DNA from: an uncultured Bacteroidales bacterium
GTDB taxonomy: Bacteria; Bacteroidota; Bacteroidia; Bacteroidales; CAZJKL01
DNA length: 64,000 nucleotides
Reading direction: 5' to 3'
Assembly (NCBI GenBank): GCA_964546655.1
Contig: CAZJKL010000007.1
Coordinates: 4,838-68,837, forward strand
The translations under genes were made by a program, and so were the position numbers. This document shows positions 39,289 to 49,889 of this stretch, piece after piece (the first letter of the stretch is position 1; every line of letters begins with the position of its first letter). Below the pieces are notes generated by a model. That model did no database searches. It saw only the letters and a program-made list of their open reading frames with translations, and had not been told where the DNA came from.

Positions 39289-40704
39289 TTATCTACCTAT
39301 TTGATAAACTTTAAATCCAATTTCTTTTAAACTTTTATTCTCTAAAACATTTCTGCCATCAAAAACAAAAGCAGGTTTTAACATATTTTGATAGATTTTC
39401 GTCCAATCATAATCTTTAAATTCGTCCCATTCGGTTAAAACTGCAATAGCATGAGCGTCTTTACATGCTTCATAGCTGTTATTATAAACCTTTACTCTAC
39501 TTCTTATTTCTTCTTTAGAAAAATTATGATATTGTAGTTCTGTTAAGTAATCTAAATCTTCATATATCTGTGCTTCAGATACTTTTGGATCATATACATG
39601 AAGTTCGGCTCTGTCTTCAATTAAAGTACTAGCTACATACATTGCTGCTGTTTCGCGAGTATCATTAGTGTCTTTTTTAAATGCCCAACCTAAGAAAGCA
39701 ATTTTTTTACCTGAAACAGTATTATATAATGTGCTAATTATATTTTCAGCAAAACGACGTTTTTGGTAATCGTTCATTATAATAACTTGTTCCCAATAGT
39801 CTGCTACTTCTATTAACCCTAAACTTCTACAAATATAAACAAGGTTTAAAATATCTTTTTGGAAGCATGAACCACCAAAACCAACAGATGATTTTAAAAA
39901 CTTATTACCTATTCTGCTATCAGAACCAATAGCTCTTGCAACTTCTTCTACATCAGCACTTGTTTTTTCGCATAAAGCAGATAATGCATTAATTGAAGAA
40001 ACTCTTTGTGCTAAAAAAGCATTAGCTGTTAGTTTAGATAATTCAGAAGACCATACATTTGTTTGTAATATTCTTTCTTTAGGTAACCAATGAGCATAAA
40101 TATCCGAAAGAGCATCAATTGCTTCTTGACCTTCTACTGTATGATGATCACCACCAATTAAAACTCTGTCGGCATAATGTAAATCTTGAATAGCTGTACC
40201 TTCAGCTAAAAATTCAGGATTAGATAATATTTGGTATTTTATTCCATTACCAACATTATCTAAAATAGATTTTATAGCTTGAGCCGTTCTAACAGGAAGA
40301 GTAGATTTTTCAACAATAATTTTATCTTCAGTAGCTATTTCTGCAATTTTTCTTGCACAAAGCTCTACATATTTTAAATCTGCTGCCATACCTTTACCTT
40401 TACCGTAGGTTTTAGTTGGGGTATTAACAGAAATAAAAATTATCTCTGATTCTTTTATTGCTTTATCAACTTCTGTTGTAAAGAAAAGATTTCTTCCTCT
40501 AGCTTCAGCTACAACTTCTTTAAGGCCAGGTTCATATATTGGTAAATTATCTAAATTTGAGTCATTCCAATCAGCTATTCTTTTCTCGTTAATGTCAACA
40601 ACTGTTACTTTAATTTCAGGACATTTTTGAGCTATAACAGCCATTGTAGGGCCGCCAACATAACCTGCTCCAATGCAACAAATGTTCTTAATTTCTTTTT
40701 TCAT
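39289..40704 (-). CDS. ugd: UDP-glucose 6-dehydrogenase, long eukaryote-like type
   Basis: [41 protein letters not shown] and [10 protein letters not shown] (catalytic Cys). From memory, it appears colinear with animal UGDH over its 471 aa. Confidence 0.92.
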   Translation of the reverse strand: MKKEIKNICCIGAGYVGGPTMAVIAQKCPEIKVTVVDINEKRIADWNDSNLDNLPIYEPGLKEVVAEARGRNLFFTTEVDKAIKESEIIFISVNTPTKTYGKGKGMAADLKYVELCARKIAEIATEDKIIVEKSTLPVRTAQAIKSILDNVGNGIKYQILSNPEFLAEGTAIQDLHYADRVLIGGDHHTVEGQEAIDALSDIYAHWLPKERILQTNVWSSELSKLTANAFLAQRVSSINALSALCEKTSADVEEVARAIGSDSRIGNKFLKSSVGFGGSCFQKDILNLVYICRSLGLIEVADYWEQVIIMNDYQKRRFAENIISTLYNTVSGKKIAFLGWAFKKDTNDTRETAAMYVASTLIEDRAELHVYDPKVSEAQIYEDLDYLTELQYHNFSKEEIRSRVKVYNNSYEACKDAHAIAVLTEWDEFKDYDWTKIYQNMLKPAFVFDGRNVLENKSLKEIGFKVYQIGR

Positions 40705-40713
40705 AATTATCTT

Positions 40714-41997
40714 TTATAATCTACCGTTAATAATATTTCTATTTAATATTCCTTTTACATCATAAATAATAGTACCTTTTTCTTTATAGTTATTTAAATT
40801 TAAAGATGTAAATTCCTTATGAGCTACAGCCAATATAACACCTTCATATTCTTTATTTTCAGGAAATTCATTAACTATTTCAATACCATATTCTTCATGT
40901 GTTTCTTCTATAGAAGCCCATGGGTCATAAACATCAACTTGAATTCCATAAGATCTTAATTCATGATAAATATCAATTGCTCTTGTATTTCTGATATCAG
41001 GACAATTTTCTTTAAAAGTTATACCTAAAATTAAGACTTTTGCTCCTTTTACTGGTTTTCCAGCTTTTAGCATTAATTTAACAACTTCAGTTGCAACATA
41101 AGCACCCATTCCATCATTAAGTCTTCTTCCTGCTAAAATTATTTCAGGGTGATAACCAACTTCTTGTGCTTTTTGTGCTAAATAATATGGATCAACGCCA
41201 ATACAATGACCTCCAACTAATCCTGGTCTGAATGGTAAAAAGTTCCATTTTGTACCTGCTGCCTCTAATACTTCTAAAGTATCAATACCCATTTTATTAA
41301 ATATTTTACTTAACTCATTAACAAAAGCAATATTAATATCTCTTTGTGAATTTTCAATAATTTTTGATGCTTCAGCTACTTTTATTGATGAAGCTAGATG
41401 TGTTCCAGCAGTAATAATTTCTTTATATAAATTATCAACCTCTATTCCTATCTCAGGAGTACTTCCTGATGTTACTTTTTTTATACTTGTAAGAGTGTGA
41501 ACTTTGTCTCCTGGATTTATTCTTTCTGGAGAATAACCTACATAAAAGTTTTTGTTCATTTTTTTACCTGAAACTCTTTCTAATACAGGAACACAATCTT
41601 CTTCGGTTGCACCAGGATGAACTGTACTTTCGTAAATAACAATATCTCCATCTTTTAATACTTTCCCTACAGTTTCAGAAGCTTTAACTAAAGGGGTTAA
41701 ATCTGGTCTATTATTTTTGTCGGTAGGAGTTGGAACAGCAACAATATAAATTTCACAATCTCTAATTTTTTCAATGTCGTTTGTAACTATTAATCCTATT
41801 TCATTACAACATAATTGTGTTTTTAATACTGCTTGCAATTCTTTATCTTCTACTTCAAGTGTTGGATCATGTCCTTCGTTTAATTCTTTTATTCTTTCTG
41901 GCTTAATATCAAAACCTACTACTGCTCTTTTTTTAGCAAATTCAACAGCTATCGGTAATCCTACATAGCCAAGACCTATTAATGCTATCTTTTTCAT
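40714..41997 (-). CDS. Nucleotide-sugar 6-dehydrogenase (TviB/WbpO/Cap5O-like; UDP-GlcNAc/UDP-ManNAc dehydrogenase family)
   Basis: [15 protein letters not shown] Rossmann start and [11 protein letters not shown] with the catalytic Cys. The tracked ORF extends to 42063, but the internal ATG at 41997 removes the overlap with the upstream gene. Confidence 0.85.
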   Translation of the reverse strand: MKKIALIGLGYVGLPIAVEFAKKRAVVGFDIKPERIKELNEGHDPTLEVEDKELQAVLKTQLCCNEIGLIVTNDIEKIRDCEIYIVAVPTPTDKNNRPDLTPLVKASETVGKVLKDGDIVIYESTVHPGATEEDCVPVLERVSGKKMNKNFYVGYSPERINPGDKVHTLTSIKKVTSGSTPEIGIEVDNLYKEIITAGTHLASSIKVAEASKIIENSQRDINIAFVNELSKIFNKMGIDTLEVLEAAGTKWNFLPFRPGLVGGHCIGVDPYYLAQKAQEVGYHPEIILAGRRLNDGMGAYVATEVVKLMLKAGKPVKGAKVLILGITFKENCPDIRNTRAIDIYHELRSYGIQVDVYDPWASIEETHEEYGIEIVNEFPENKEYEGVILAVAHKEFTSLNLNNYKEKGTIIYDVKGILNRNIINGRL

Positions 41998-42029
41998 CTT
42001 ATTTTGTTTTAATTTATTTTTATTATTTG

Positions 42030-43028
42030 TTAATTGTTTTGTTTTAAATTTTTTAAATACCACTCAACTGTACTTTCTATACCTTCTTCTAATTTATATT
42101 TTGGTTCATATTTTAATTTATCTTTTGCCTTTTCAATCGAAGCTTGAGAATGTGGTATATCTCCACTTCTAACTTCGCCATAGATAGGTTGTATTTTTTC
42201 AATATTAATATCGTACTTTGATAAGTTTTTATGAATCAATTCATACAACCTATTTATTGTATATCTACCACCTGCTGCAACATTATAAACATTATTTAAT
42301 GCATCTTTATTTTCTGTTAAAGCAGCTAATTGATTTATCTGCACCACATCTTCAACAAAAGTAAAATCTCTTGAATAACTTCCATCGCCATTAATTATAG
42401 GTGATTCATGTTGAATTAATGAACTAATAAATTTAGGTATTACTGCTGCATATACACTAGTTGGATCTTGTTTTTTTCCGTAAACATTAAAATATCTTAA
42501 TCCAATTATTTCTAACCCATACAAATCAGAAAATACTTTTGCATATAACTCATCTACTCGTTTTGTTATTGCGTAAGGAGATAGAGGTTCTCCTATTATT
42601 TCTTCTTGCTTAGGCAATTCTTTTGAAGTACCATATACAGACGAACTTGAAGCATAGACTATTCTCTTTATACCTGCATCTTTTGAAGAAACAAGAATAT
42701 TTAAAAAGCCATCTACATTTATTGAATTTGTTTTTATCGGATCTTTAATTGAGCGTGGAATTGAACCTAAGGCTGCCTGATGCAGAACTATTTCAACTCC
42801 ATCCAAAGACTTTTTACAATCTTCAAGATTACATATATCTCCTTCAACTAATTTAAAGTTTGCATTTGACAATAAATGTTGTATATTTTCCCTTTTTCCT
42901 GTTATAAAATTATCTAAACATACTACCTTATTTCCTTGATTTATTAATGTATCGCATAGATTTGAACCTATAAATCCCCCGCCACCTGTTACTAATACAT
43001 TTTTGTTTGTGATAATTCTTTGTTGCAT
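42030..43028 (-). CDS. NAD-dependent nucleotide-sugar 4-epimerase (TviC/WbpP-like SDR)
   Basis: [11 protein letters not shown] and YxxxK (SPYAITK). It sits directly upstream of a TviB-like dehydrogenase, as in UDP-GalNAcA-forming modules. Confidence 0.8.
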   Translation of the reverse strand: MQQRIITNKNVLVTGGGGFIGSNLCDTLINQGNKVVCLDNFITGKRENIQHLLSNANFKLVEGDICNLEDCKKSLDGVEIVLHQAALGSIPRSIKDPIKTNSINVDGFLNILVSSKDAGIKRIVYASSSSVYGTSKELPKQEEIIGEPLSPYAITKRVDELYAKVFSDLYGLEIIGLRYFNVYGKKQDPTSVYAAVIPKFISSLIQHESPIINGDGSYSRDFTFVEDVVQINQLAALTENKDALNNVYNVAAGGRYTINRLYELIHKNLSKYDINIEKIQPIYGEVRSGDIPHSQASIEKAKDKLKYEPKYKLEEGIESTVEWYLKNLKQNN

Positions 43029-43173
43029 AAAAAAATTTTTACAAAAATATTATATTTTACTTAATAATTCTTTTTTATAATGCTAATTTTTGATTTTTTT
43101 ATTAAGTTTTTATTCTATGAAAAGCCATTACAAAATATTATTAAAATAACTTTATTACAAAAAATCAATATTG

Positions 43174-43181
43174 TATCTTTG
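43174..43181 (+). promoter_or_regulatory. -7 promoter box TATCTTTG
   Basis: TAnnTTTG match 18 nt upstream of the 43200 ATG. Confidence 0.4.
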
Positions 43182-43199
43182 TAAATTAATTTTACTTAT

Positions 43200-44612
43200 A
43201 TGGAAGATTTTTCGGAATATCTTGATGAAAACGAATCAAATATTATAAAAAAATATGAGTCATTAGTATTAAACAACAATGACTTCTATATGGATGAAGA
43301 TGATTATCAAATAGTTATTGACCATTACTTATCTTATCTTGATTTTTCTAAAGCAAATCAGGCTATTTCTATTGCCGAAAGAACCTTCCCTGAATCAATT
43401 GAAATTCAATTCAGAAAGGGGAAAAAATTATTTTTCGAAAATTCATATGATAATGCATTAAAAATATTGCGAAAAATAATTGCATTAGACCCTGCTAATA
43501 CAGAGTTTTTATTTTTTAAAGCTCGCATTTATTCTTCATTAAATAAACATGTAAAAGCTATTGAAACTTATCAGCTTATTTTGTCGATTAATGATGACTT
43601 TGAAGAAAATTTTATATATTATCTTATTTCAGAAGAATTTGAAAAATTAAACAAATTTGATTTAGCTTTTGAATATAAAAAGAAAGCGGCATTAGCTAAT
43701 ACCGAAGATTTATTTGTTTTAACCGAATTGTTTGTTGACACCAAAGAAGATAGTAAAAATGAAACTTTAGCTTTTTTAAATAATTTAATTGAAGAAGACC
43801 CTTATAACTATAATGTTTGGTTTACTTTAGGTTGTTTTCATACAAAGTTTAATGACACAAATAAAGCTATTGATGCTTATGATTATGTTATTGCTATTAA
43901 TAAAAAAATGATTTCGGCTTATTATAATAAAGCTAATATTTATTTTAACAAAGGTGATTTTTATGAGGCTATTAAAATTTATGATGAAATACTTGAACAT
44001 GACGATAATCAAGCTCATGTATTTTATATGATGGCTATTACTTATGATAATCTTTGTGATTTTGCCAATGCGGTTAAATATTATAAAAAAGTTCTTGAAA
44101 TAGATGAGTTTTATTCAGAAGCTTGGTATAATATAGCTCTTATTTTTTATGAAGAAGAAAAACTTCAAAAAAGCCTTAAATATGTTGATAATGCAATAAA
44201 CATTGATGATGATGATTTTAGATATTATCATTTAAAAGGTAAAATACTTTTTGAATTAGATAATTATAAAGAAGCAGAAGAAAACTATATTAGATGTATG
44301 GTTCCTGAATATGATTCTTCTCAGTTGTTGGTCGATTATGCTGAATTAATTTCATATAGTGAATCTATTGAAAAATCAGTTGAAATATTACGAGATGCAG
44401 TAGAAAACAATCCAACCAACAGTCAATTAAATTTATATTTATCGGGATATTTATTTAAACTTGGTAAAAGAAAAGAGGCTAAAACATTTTTTGAAGACAG
44501 CGTAATTTGTGATACAGCTTTTTTAGAAGATTTTTTTATAGATTTCCCTGAACTTAAAGAAGATAAAAGTATTGTAAAAATATTAAATAAATACAAAAGC
44601 AATGAATTATAA
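43200..44612 (+). CDS. Tetratricopeptide-repeat (TPR) protein
   Basis: Repeated 34-aa A/Y/F-pattern helices (for example AIDAYDYVIAINKKMISAYYNKANIYFNKGDFYEAIKIYDEIL). No catalytic motif is present. Confidence 0.65.
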   Translation: MEDFSEYLDENESNIIKKYESLVLNNNDFYMDEDDYQIVIDHYLSYLDFSKANQAISIAERTFPESIEIQFRKGKKLFFENSYDNALKILRKIIALDPANTEFLFFKARIYSSLNKHVKAIETYQLILSINDDFEENFIYYLISEEFEKLNKFDLAFEYKKKAALANTEDLFVLTELFVDTKEDSKNETLAFLNNLIEEDPYNYNVWFTLGCFHTKFNDTNKAIDAYDYVIAINKKMISAYYNKANIYFNKGDFYEAIKIYDEILEHDDNQAHVFYMMAITYDNLCDFANAVKYYKKVLEIDEFYSEAWYNIALIFYEEEKLQKSLKYVDNAINIDDDDFRYYHLKGKILFELDNYKEAEENYIRCMVPEYDSSQLLVDYAELISYSESIEKSVEILRDAVENNPTNSQLNLYLSGYLFKLGKRKEAKTFFEDSVICDTAFLEDFFIDFPELKEDKSIVKILNKYKSNEL

Positions 44613-45384
44613 TTTACCGTTTATTCCTGAAAGACCATCAAAACCAAGACAAAAAGGTTTAACTATGGTTATGGACAAAGGTCTTAGTATTAATGAAGTT
44701 GAAAATCTTATTTCGTCGAGCGGAAGTTTAATTGATTTAGCTAAAATTGGATTTGGTACTTCTTATTTAAATACTAATCTTAAAGAAAAAATTAAATTAT
44801 ATAAACAAAACAATATAATTCCATACTTAGGAGGAACATTGTTCGAAGTTTTTTATGTTCGAGGAATGGTTGATGAATACAAAAAATTAATTGATGAATA
44901 TAATTTAGATTTAGTAGAAATATCTGATGGATGTATGAATATTCCTCATGAAGAGAAGTTAAAACTTATAAATAATTTTGCTAAAAATAAAATTGTTATT
45001 TCTGAAGTTGGGTCAAAAGATTCTGAAGTTATAATTGAAGATGATGAATGGACTAATATGATGCAAAAAGAGCTAAAAGAAGGTTCTTGGAAAGTTATTG
45101 CAGAAGCAAGAGAAAGCGGCAATGTTGGCATTTATCAAAACAATGGCAAAGCAAATTGTTCTTTAATAGACAATATAATAACAAAAATTTCTATTGATGA
45201 TATTATTTGGGAAGCACCTGCAAAGGCTCAACAAACATGGTTTATAAAATATTTAGGAGCTAATGTAAACCTTGGAAATATTTCTTCAAATGAAGTTATT
45301 GCTCTTGAAACATTAAGATTAGGATTAAGAGGCGATACATTTTTTGATTTTCTTCCTGAAGAAATAAAAAATAAATATAAATAA
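44602..45384 (+). CDS. comA: (2R)-phospho-3-sulfolactate synthase (ComA family)
   Basis: N-terminal RPSKPRQKGLTMVMDKGL and a TIM-barrel-length 260 aa matching the ComA family pattern. The start overlaps the TPR gene by 11 nt. Confidence 0.7.
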   Translation: MNYNLPFIPERPSKPRQKGLTMVMDKGLSINEVENLISSSGSLIDLAKIGFGTSYLNTNLKEKIKLYKQNNIIPYLGGTLFEVFYVRGMVDEYKKLIDEYNLDLVEISDGCMNIPHEEKLKLINNFAKNKIVISEVGSKDSEVIIEDDEWTNMMQKELKEGSWKVIAEARESGNVGIYQNNGKANCSLIDNIITKISIDDIIWEAPAKAQQTWFIKYLGANVNLGNISSNEVIALETLRLGLRGDTFFDFLPEEIKNKYK

Positions 45385-45395
45385 AATTTCAAGAA

Positions 45396-46175
45396 ATGAA
45401 GTTATACGGATTAATTGGTTATCCATTAAGTCATTCTTTTTCAGGAAAATATTTTGCCGGAAAATTTGAAAAAGAAAAAATTAATGATTCGTCATATAAA
45501 TTATTTCCGATTGATAGTATCGATAAATTCTTGGACATTATTAAAAATAACCCTGATTTAATTGGGTTAAACGTAACTATTCCTTACAAAGAAAGTGTTA
45601 TTCCTTTTTTAGATGAAATTGATAGTGATGCTTTATCAATAGGTGCTGTCAATACTATTAAAGTAATTAATATTAACAATAAAAAGATTTTGAAAGGTTT
45701 TAATACTGATGTTTATGGTTTTGAAACATCGTTGACTCCTTTATTAAATAATAAACATAAAAAAGCTCTTGTTCTTGGTTGTGGTGGAGCAGCAAAAGCA
45801 ATTGCTTGGGTATTGAATAAATTAAATATAGATTTTTCTTTTGTTACTTTAGATTCTGAATATTTAAAAGATTCAAAAGCATTTAAAGATTATAATATAT
45901 ATAAGTATTCTGAAATTAATAATAATAAACATTTAATTGCAGATTATAATATAGTAATTAACACAACTCCTCTTGGAACATATCCTAATATTGATACTTG
46001 TCCTGAAATTCCTTATGAATTAATAAATTCAGATTATTTATTGTTTGATTTAACCTATAATCCCGAAAAAACCAAGTTTTTACTTTTTGGTGAATCAAAA
46101 AACGCTATAATTAAAAACGGATTAGAAATGCTTTATCTGCAGGCAGAAAAAGCTTGGGAAATCTGGCAAAAATAA
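45396..46175 (+). CDS. aroE: Shikimate 5-dehydrogenase
   Basis: GLIGYPLSHSFSGKYF, NVTIPYKE, NTDVYGF and GCGGAAKA motifs. Confidence 0.88.
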   Translation: MKLYGLIGYPLSHSFSGKYFAGKFEKEKINDSSYKLFPIDSIDKFLDIIKNNPDLIGLNVTIPYKESVIPFLDEIDSDALSIGAVNTIKVININNKKILKGFNTDVYGFETSLTPLLNNKHKKALVLGCGGAAKAIAWVLNKLNIDFSFVTLDSEYLKDSKAFKDYNIYKYSEINNNKHLIADYNIVINTTPLGTYPNIDTCPEIPYELINSDYLLFDLTYNPEKTKFLLFGESKNAIIKNGLEMLYLQAEKAWEIWQK

Positions 46176-46208
46176 ATATATCGCCTTTACAAAAACTTAA
46201 TTAAAACT

Positions 46209-46874
46209 ATGGAAAAAATAAACTTAATAACTAGATATATACTAGGGTTTCCTAAAACTATTTATATTAATTTTAGATTGTTAAGTTTTTCGGAAGCGAT
46301 TAAACTACCTATTGTTGTTTCTCATAAAACTTATATTAAATCTCTTTCAGGGAAAGTAACTATTGATTCGCCTTCTTTTGCCTGTTTAAAAATTGGGTTT
46401 GGTTTAACTCCCACAACAGACTTTAAATATAGTAGAACTATTATTAATATTAGAGGTTCTTTGATTGTTCACGGTAAATGCAGATTTGGAGCAGGCTCTA
46501 AAATAAACGTGAATGGAAATGGTATATTAGAGATTGGAGATAACTTTAATATGACAGGAGGATCATCTATAATATGTAATAAGAAAATTATATTAGGAAC
46601 TCATGTTCTTGTGTCATGGAATGTGCTAATAATGGATACCGACCAGCATCACATAATGAATTTAGATAATACAATTATTAATGAGGATAAGGAAATAATT
46701 TTAGGCTCTGATATTTGGATTTGTTCAGGAACTACAATCCTTAAAGGAGCTAAAATCGGGAATAATAATGTTGTTGGAGCCAATTCATTAGTAGTTAACG
46801 ATCAATCTAAATCAAATACTATAATTGCAGGAAATCCTGCAAAAGTTATCAAGGAAAATATAAAATGGAATTAA
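46209..46874 (+). CDS. Hexapeptide-repeat (left-handed beta-helix) acyl/acetyltransferase
   Basis: Imperfect [LIV]-G-x4 hexapeptide repeats (IGDNFNM, LGTHVLV, LGSDIWI, GAKIGNNNVVGANSLV) ending in AGNPAKVIK. Confidence 0.75.
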   Translation: MEKINLITRYILGFPKTIYINFRLLSFSEAIKLPIVVSHKTYIKSLSGKVTIDSPSFACLKIGFGLTPTTDFKYSRTIINIRGSLIVHGKCRFGAGSKINVNGNGILEIGDNFNMTGGSSIICNKKIILGTHVLVSWNVLIMDTDQHHIMNLDNTIINEDKEIILGSDIWICSGTTILKGAKIGNNNVVGANSLVVNDQSKSNTIIAGNPAKVIKENIKWN

Positions 46875-46894
46875 AATTTATTGCTAAATAAAAA

Positions 46895-46915
46895 AGCCCC
46901 AATCAAATTGGAGCT
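46895..46915. terminator. Hairpin between convergent genes (candidate bidirectional terminator)
   Basis: AGCCCCAA-TCA-AATTGGAGCT has an 8-bp stem with one mismatch. It is flanked by an A-run on the left and T-rich sequence on the right. Confidence 0.4.
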
Positions 46916-46952
46916 TTATATTTTATATCTTGTTAAGAAATACTAACGTTCT

Positions 46953-47738
46953 CTATTTTTTAAATTCATCCATGCTATTATCATAGTTCAAATAATAGTT
47001 GCCTTTTTCGAAACTACTAATATCGATATTAGAACCATATCCTTTTTTTACAATTTCACCAAATTTATTGTATACTTCATACATTGTTTCATTGGTAAAA
47101 TTGATTGTCGATTTACTAATTTTATATTCAATTTTTTGAACTAAAGGAGATCTGTATCTAACAGTTTGGGAATATCTAGCTTCTCTACTAGCATCAACTT
47201 GTTTAACTCTAAATTGATTTACCCCAAAATGAGGCATAATTTTAAAGTCATATTTATTTAAACTAATAGAACCATTACCTTCTAATTCGCCTACTTTAAC
47301 CCATTTGTTCCATCTAAATTGTTCGATAACATAAGGTAATTTACCAATCTCGTTTTTAGTTTCCCACGATAAAGTTCCATTATCGTCAACTTTAATAGCA
47401 ATTACATCAAAAGTACTTTTAGGTTTAATTGCTTGTGGATTCAATACTTTAGGTTTACAGTCATCTTTGTGCTTAATTTCTACTCTAACTTTATCTCCAA
47501 GTTTAATATCAAGACTTTCAAAGTCTATTTCAAATGCACTTGAGTTAATCTCATCTGTGGTTTTTTGTCCATTAACAGTAACTTCGTATGTACAAAAACC
47601 AACTCCCGAAGAAGCAAATGGATTTTGAACATATAAGTTTTTACCCTGGTAATTTCCGTCTAAAATTATAGATGACTCTGCTACAGCAGTAAAAGAAAAT
47701 GCCACTAAAACTAAAAAAATCAACATTATGTCCTTCAT
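46953..47738 (-). CDS. Secreted hypothetical protein with a possible T9SS-type C-terminal sorting domain
   Basis: Signal peptide (LIFLVLVAFSFTAVA). The last roughly 55 aa (TINFTNETMYEVYNKFGEIVKKGYGSNIDISSFEKGNYYLNYDNSMDEFKK) follow the pattern of Por/T9SS CTDs. This is a pattern-only call. Confidence 0.45.
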   Translation of the reverse strand: MKDIMLIFLVLVAFSFTAVAESSIILDGNYQGKNLYVQNPFASSGVGFCTYEVTVNGQKTTDEINSSAFEIDFESLDIKLGDKVRVEIKHKDDCKPKVLNPQAIKPKSTFDVIAIKVDDNGTLSWETKNEIGKLPYVIEQFRWNKWVKVGELEGNGSISLNKYDFKIMPHFGVNQFRVKQVDASREARYSQTVRYRSPLVQKIEYKISKSTINFTNETMYEVYNKFGEIVKKGYGSNIDISSFEKGNYYLNYDNSMDEFKK

Positions 47739-48038
47739 AATAAATAATGTTTTATTCTAAAAAATCATTGTAAAAAACAAATTTATAAAATAATACTAAT
47801 CAAACATTATTAATTTTAATTTTTTTTTCAAAAAAACTTTTATTCTCTGTTTATATCTTAAATAAAAAGAATTAATTCAATTAATGTTTTTGTATCATTT
47901 TGCAAATCTATATTATATTATATATAATTACAAAAAAATTAAAAAAATTCTTTTTATTTAATAATCATTTTACTAATTAAAATAATTTGTATTTTTGAAA
48001 CTTCTATTTTTAAAATTATAAATTAAAAATTGTTTTTT

Positions 48039-49787
48039 ATGAAAAAAGTTATTCCATTTCTATTAATTATTAGTTTCTTCATTATTTCTTGTAGTGATAA
48101 TAAAAAAGAAAAAAACATTGTAAAAAAAGTCGCTAAAGGTGATTATTGTTATGGCGGAAATTTAAAAGTAAATGAAAATGGTACTTATCATACTCTATAT
48201 CCTTATAATATAATTGATATAACTTCATTAAGAATAGCAAGTCAAATTTATGAAGGACTTGTTAAATATGATATGAAAGACTTATCAATTATTCCAAGTA
48301 TTGCTAAATCTTGGACTATTGATTCAACAGGAAAAACATATACATTTATATTAAAGGATAGTGTTAAATTTCATGACGACCCATGTTTTAGTGATAATAT
48401 TGGAAGACTTGTTACATCAGAAGATGTAGTTTATTCTTTTAAATTATTATGTACCTATTCTAAATCAAATCAATATTTTAAAAACACTTTTAGTGGTAGA
48501 GTATTAGGAGCAGATGAATACTACGAAGCTAGTAAAAATGGAGTACCAAACTTTGATATTAAAGGAATAAAAGCTATAGATAGTAAAACGGTTCAAATTA
48601 CTTTATCGCAACCAAGTTCAACTTTTATATACGCAATGGCACAGCCCGGAACATTTATAGTACCAAAAGAAGGAGTTGAAAAGTATGGAGAAGAATTAAA
48701 AATAGGAACAGGCCCTTATAAAATGGCAAACAATCTAAATAAAGACACACTTATATTAACAAAAAATTATAATTATTATGAATTTGATAGTTTAGGAAAT
48801 CAATTGCCATATATTGATTCTATAACTATTACATTTATTAATTCAAAAGACGAAGAATTCGAATTATTTAAAAAAGAGCAATTAGATATAATTACAAATA
48901 TTAATTCAGAATCTTTCAATCAAATTATTCAAGAAAACATAGCTGATTTTAATAGTAAAAATCCTAAATACGTATCAGATAGAAAAACAGATATGACAGT
49001 ATATTATTTATTATTTAATATGCAAAACAAGCTATTACTAAATAAAGATTTAAGATTAGCACTTATTTATGCTATAGATAAGCAAAAAATAATAAAACAA
49101 ATTTTAAAATCAGAAGATATAGAAGATGTTATATTAGGTATAACTCCAAAAAACACATTCAACAATTATGATTCATTAAAAACTTTAACAGGATTAAACT
49201 ATGATTTAGTTAAAGCTAGAGAATGTTTGAAAAAAGCTGGTTATTCTGACGTTAACAAATTACCAAAAATTAAATTACTAATAAATAACCGAGAAAATGT
49301 TAATACGATAATTGCACAAAGCATTCAAACTCAATTATTAAATAATTTAGGAATTAAAATTGAATATGAAAATATACCTATAAAAGAACAATTACAAAAT
49401 GCTCAATATGGTAAATTTGATATGCTTTTAACTACATGGACAGCAGATTATCCTAGTCCTGAAAGCTTTTTATGGTTATTTTACGGGAAAAATAATCCAA
49501 AATTAGAAAAAGACCCTTCATTCCCTAACTTTGGAAGATATATAAATAATGACTATGATAAATTATATGAAGAAGGTAAAAAATCATTAAAAACTAAAGA
49601 AAGTTATTTAAAATTTGCTCAAGCAGAACAAATTTTAATTAACGATGCTCCTTTTTCTGCAATTTGGTATCCAGAAAACAATAGAATATATTATTCAAAA
49701 GTAAAAGGATTTTATTTCAATGCATTAAAGTATGTTGATTATTCAAAAGTATACATAAAAAAGTATTTTGAAGAAAAGTCAAATTAA
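48039..49787 (+). CDS. Solute-binding protein family 5 (peptide/nickel ABC-type substrate-binding) lipoprotein
   Basis: MKKVIPFLLIISFFIISCSD lipoprotein signal and SBP_bac_5-like motifs (GLVKYD, KFHDD, W.ADYP). The tracked ORF starts at a TTG (48030), but the ATG at 48039 is the likelier start. Confidence 0.8.
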   Translation: MKKVIPFLLIISFFIISCSDNKKEKNIVKKVAKGDYCYGGNLKVNENGTYHTLYPYNIIDITSLRIASQIYEGLVKYDMKDLSIIPSIAKSWTIDSTGKTYTFILKDSVKFHDDPCFSDNIGRLVTSEDVVYSFKLLCTYSKSNQYFKNTFSGRVLGADEYYEASKNGVPNFDIKGIKAIDSKTVQITLSQPSSTFIYAMAQPGTFIVPKEGVEKYGEELKIGTGPYKMANNLNKDTLILTKNYNYYEFDSLGNQLPYIDSITITFINSKDEEFELFKKEQLDIITNINSESFNQIIQENIADFNSKNPKYVSDRKTDMTVYYLLFNMQNKLLLNKDLRLALIYAIDKQKIIKQILKSEDIEDVILGITPKNTFNNYDSLKTLTGLNYDLVKARECLKKAGYSDVNKLPKIKLLINNRENVNTIIAQSIQTQLLNNLGIKIEYENIPIKEQLQNAQYGKFDMLLTTWTADYPSPESFLWLFYGKNNPKLEKDPSFPNFGRYINNDYDKLYEEGKKSLKTKESYLKFAQAEQILINDAPFSAIWYPENNRIYYSKVKGFYFNALKYVDYSKVYIKKYFEEKSN

Positions 49788-49889
49788 TAACCTTTTGAAT
49801 TTTTAACACGAAATATTTTTTTAGAATAATAATATTTGTTTCTTTTGCTTGATTTTTTAAAATCATTAGTTTAACTTAAATACAATTAT

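Noticed and set aside
41998-42063. 34-nt overlap between the TviC-like and TviB-like genes, implied by the tracked ORF start at 42063
   Set aside because: The extension [22 protein letters not shown] is low-complexity. The canonical Rossmann start [13 protein letters not shown] begins at 41997, which removes the overlap.
47739-48029. 291-nt very AT-rich divergent spacer, considered as a possible regulatory RNA or riboswitch
   Set aside because: I could see no stable stems or conserved-looking motifs. It looks like an ordinary divergent promoter region.
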